The notes beneath the pieces are model-generated. The model searched no databases and had not been told where the DNA came from. It saw only the letters and a program-made list of their open reading frames with translations. From positions 4,774,001 to 4,838,000 of the forward strand of contig CM074806.1 in assembly GCA_037447605.1 (NCBI GenBank): a DNA stretch of 64,000 nucleotides, in the 5' to 3' direction. Shown here piece by piece: positions 61,016 through 64,000 of the stretch. The DNA comes from Zygnema circumcarinatum SAG 698-1b. Lineage: Eukaryota > Plantae > Zygnematophyceae. Each line of letters starts with the position of its first letter. Within the stretch, counting starts at the first letter, position 1. Made by a program: the position numbers and the translations under genes.

Positions 61016-62633
61016 TTAAAGCCCTCTTCGGGACCGGTGCTTCCCCTTCCCTGGGGGATGCCTGCCTTTCCCCGGAGGATGCTTGCCCTTTCCAGGAGGA
61101 TGCCTTCCCTTCCGCCGCCGCCCTCCGCTTGTCGACTCAGGAGAAGGAGGAGGAGAACTCTGCGCATGAAGAGCATCTGCTTGTTCTCTCTTCGGCTTCT
61201 CCTCTTCGATGGGGGCGGGAGGAGGAGGAGGAGGAGGGGCGGCAGTGGCGGTGGTAGTGTTGGAGGAGGAGGGAGCGTCGAACTGCACGGCGCAGCGGTA
61301 GGTTCCGGAGGCCCAGTTTTGGGGGAGGCAGGAGGCGGAGGTGACCACCGCCTGGACGCGCCCGCCGAGGTTGGAGGAGACGCGGAACGCGAGGGGGGCG
61401 ACGGGCATGCCGCTGTCGTACACCCAGTTCTGCAGCAGAGCAGCAGCATGGGAGGGAGGGAGGGAGGGAGGGAGGGAGAGGGTCATGGTGGGCACAGACA
61501 GACGGGTGTCCCCCCTTGACGTACGACGAGCAAGTGGCACAACCCCCCATGGGCCACAGCTGAGGCTATGCGCACAGCGCTCCACTCACCGCTCCCCAAG
61601 CATGGTGAAGGGCGTGGAAGGAGCTCCCTCCGTCCCAGGACACTTCCAGGGCGCTGATCTCCCCGGGACCCGCCACGTTCTCTAAGAGCACGTTCATCCA
61701 ATACACGCTCCCCATCACTACGAACACTATGGGGCCACCGAACCCGCACGGAACCCTGCCGCACAACACCACCACCACACCGGAAAAAATTAGAAAACGA
61801 ATTAAAATTAAAAATCAAAATCAAGATAAAATTGCCTTTAGCAGTTTTAGTTTAAAGAAGGATCGATCCCTAACCGCGAGTACTGGAGGGGCACGTGGCC
61901 GGCTTTGATGTCGGCTATCTTGCGGAAGGCGGGCTGGCTGAGGTCGAAGTGGTCACACGTGTCGCAGCACCAGTTGCCGCCCGGGCACCAGTCCGTGATG
62001 GGAACCACGAGCTCCTCGCCCGTACAGTACGGACTGTCCACGCACTTCACTCTGCAAGAACATATAAGACATTTCTTCTTTTTTAAAACAAAAAAACAAT
62101 GCGAGGCGAAAGAGAAAAAAATAAGCAGGCAATGGAAGTTTAAATATTAAAAAAAAATCACGAGTTTGCGGTGGGAGGGCGGGAGGGGCCTTGCCCTGAG
62201 CCGGCCACTGCCTACCTGTAGCACGCCCCGCAGCCGAGCCCGCCCTTGTAGAGGGGGGGACTGCCCGCCGCGATGTAGAGCGAGTACCCCGCCGCCTCCA
62301 AGTCGCCATACCCGCAGGCCCCGCCTGCACGCGCACTCTCCTCCTTCTTATCTCCTCCAAAATCCTCGCTCCCTCGCTCCCTCCCTCCCTCCACCTTTCT
62401 TCCTTTACTTTAGAGATGTGAGAAGGAGGGAAAGAGAGGCAGGGAGAGAGCTTACCTTGAACCCCAAATCCGTCCGCGTCGCCATAGAAGGTCGCTCCCC
62501 CGGGCAGGACCTCGCCGTAGCCATGGCCATGGCTGCCGTCGTCTTGTGCGGAGGCGCGCGCGACGACAGCGAGCAGGAGGGAGGCGGCGAGAGATCCAAG
62601 GCGGTGCCACGTGGCTTCTTGGGATTGGACCAT
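61016..62633 (-). CDS. Expansin (alpha-expansin-like, HFD motif) with a Pro-rich/basic C-terminal extension, 5 exons, ~347 aa
   Basis: Exons: 62456-62633, 62216-62324, 61875-62051, 61590-61755, 61016-61429 (1044 nt). Signal peptide, [47 protein letters not shown] and HAWGANW are present. Confidence 0.93.
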
Positions 62634-64000
62634 GCTGAAACAGAAAGAGAGGCGGCGCGATCAAGATCTGCACAGAGCACGCGTGCGGGCAGGCATGCAT
62701 GCATGCTGCGTCAACGGCAGGACAATGTTGAAAGCGGCAAGCTATTGAATTCAGGAATGTGAAGGAAGAGAAAATAGCTTCATAGAGCAGAGAAACCTGC
62801 ACAGGAATTTTTACTTGGAGGAGAGAAGTAGCTGCGCATGTGCAATTCACCTTTCACGATCGCGCTCCTGCTGGAGCTGCTCCCACCTTGATGTATGGCT
62901 GCCGCAAAGAAGGGGGAGACAGGCCAGAGGGAGAGAGAGAGATAGAGGGAGAGAGAGAGCGAGAGCGAGAGCGAGACAGGGGAGAGAGAGGGAGGGAGTG
63001 GGAGGGCGAGGGAGTGGGAGTGAGGGGAGGCGCGCGGAGGTTGTCCGCCCGCCCGCTTTTGGGCGCCGCCGCGTCCCGTCCCCGTGCGGGCGGGCGCCGA
63101 CATTTACAGTTGCCGCAGATTCCGCGAGGGGCCGCCGGGCGGGGCGCGCCTCCCCCGCTAGGCGACACGGGGTCGCCGCTCAAGGTCGTACGGGACGAGA
63201 GAAGAGTGCACTCTGGCGGGCGAAAACGGAATAAATACACCGTGCAATGGTTTACGGTGGAGTTTTTCCTTTTGAAAGTACGAGATCTAAAATGTTTATT
63301 GTTTTTTAGGAACCGTTGCTTTCGCGAAATTTTCTTTGACTGGCAATCCCTTAACCTTTATGTTATTGGTATGTTGCAAATATAGAAACAAAAGGTATTT
63401 TACGAGTTCAAGTAAAAGTGCTCTGTACCTGTTCTTTCTACAGTTTTGACAAGCCCGCCTAGGTTCCAAACGTCAAATATTGCAGTTAACTTCCAATTTT
63501 TTGAGGACATTGAACCTCCCTCATTGGCCAGCACAATTTTCCCACCAGCTGTCGCCTTCCCCGGGCCGTACGGTCAAAGCCGTTCCCGCCCGATCCGGCG
63601 CGCAGTGCCCGTCCGCTGGCGCGCTTCGGCGGAAGTCGCAGCCGGTCGCCGACCGGAGGGTCGGCCAATCAAAGACCGGGGCCGCACGCGCGTCCTTGAG
63701 TGATTGTCGGTGCACGTGCGAAGGTCGGTTGCCATCCCCCTCGGGCTAGAGCCACGTAGCAAAAAGTCGTCGCCCAATCGGAGCGCGCCAAGCCACGCTT
63801 TTGGAGGGCCTCTGACAGGGATAAGCGACAAATAAATTCGGACTTCGTGTGCTACGTGGTCGCGTAGATTTGTTTTGTCGTATCCGTACGAGGGGAGATT
63901 GTTGCGGGGGCGCGTCCCTTTGTGGGCCTGCTGGCGGAGGTTGACTGGCCCACTGGGTCACAAGGCGACAATGATTGCGTACGAATCCGAGGTGTTAACG

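Noticed and set aside
60826-61585. Multiple overlapping ORFs of 100-200 aa in GC-rich segments (also at 44100-45400, 50680-52450 and 62780-63960)
   Set aside because: Expected from stop-codon depletion in GC-rich or low-complexity DNA. Only the frames matching the expansin and PPase-like models are supported.

Overview
This window is eukaryotic, intron-rich nuclear DNA, most likely from a streptophyte green alga or early-diverging plant. The inference rests on gene content (class XI myosin, expansin, Raf-like kinase, mitochondrial OXA1 and LpxA, MIPS, a thylakoid-lumen precursor) and on GT-AG introns of about 60-900 nt. About 13 protein genes can be modelled by hand. In order they are: the 5' exon of a DBP3/RH5-type DEAD-box helicase, a head-to-head and unusually large (~1970 aa) TERT, a Raf-like kinase, a divergent myosin XI, a ~467-aa orphan, OXA1, a ~1800-aa unknown protein with a 5-kb first exon, an intronless RVxF-motif orphan, an apparently catalytically dead family-I pyrophosphatase homologue, LpxA, MIPS, a Tat-type lumen protein and an expansin with a basic repeat tail. 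Non-coding features include a ~900-bp foldback/MULE-like element, a 113-bp TA-flanked hairpin, an ERSE/G-box array, short tandem arrays, recurrent inverted GTAC pairs and two 10-N assembly gaps in G/C homopolymers. I found no rRNA, tRNA or CRISPR array. All exon models were read by eye and need RNA-seq confirmation, and family assignments come from recalled motifs, not database searches.
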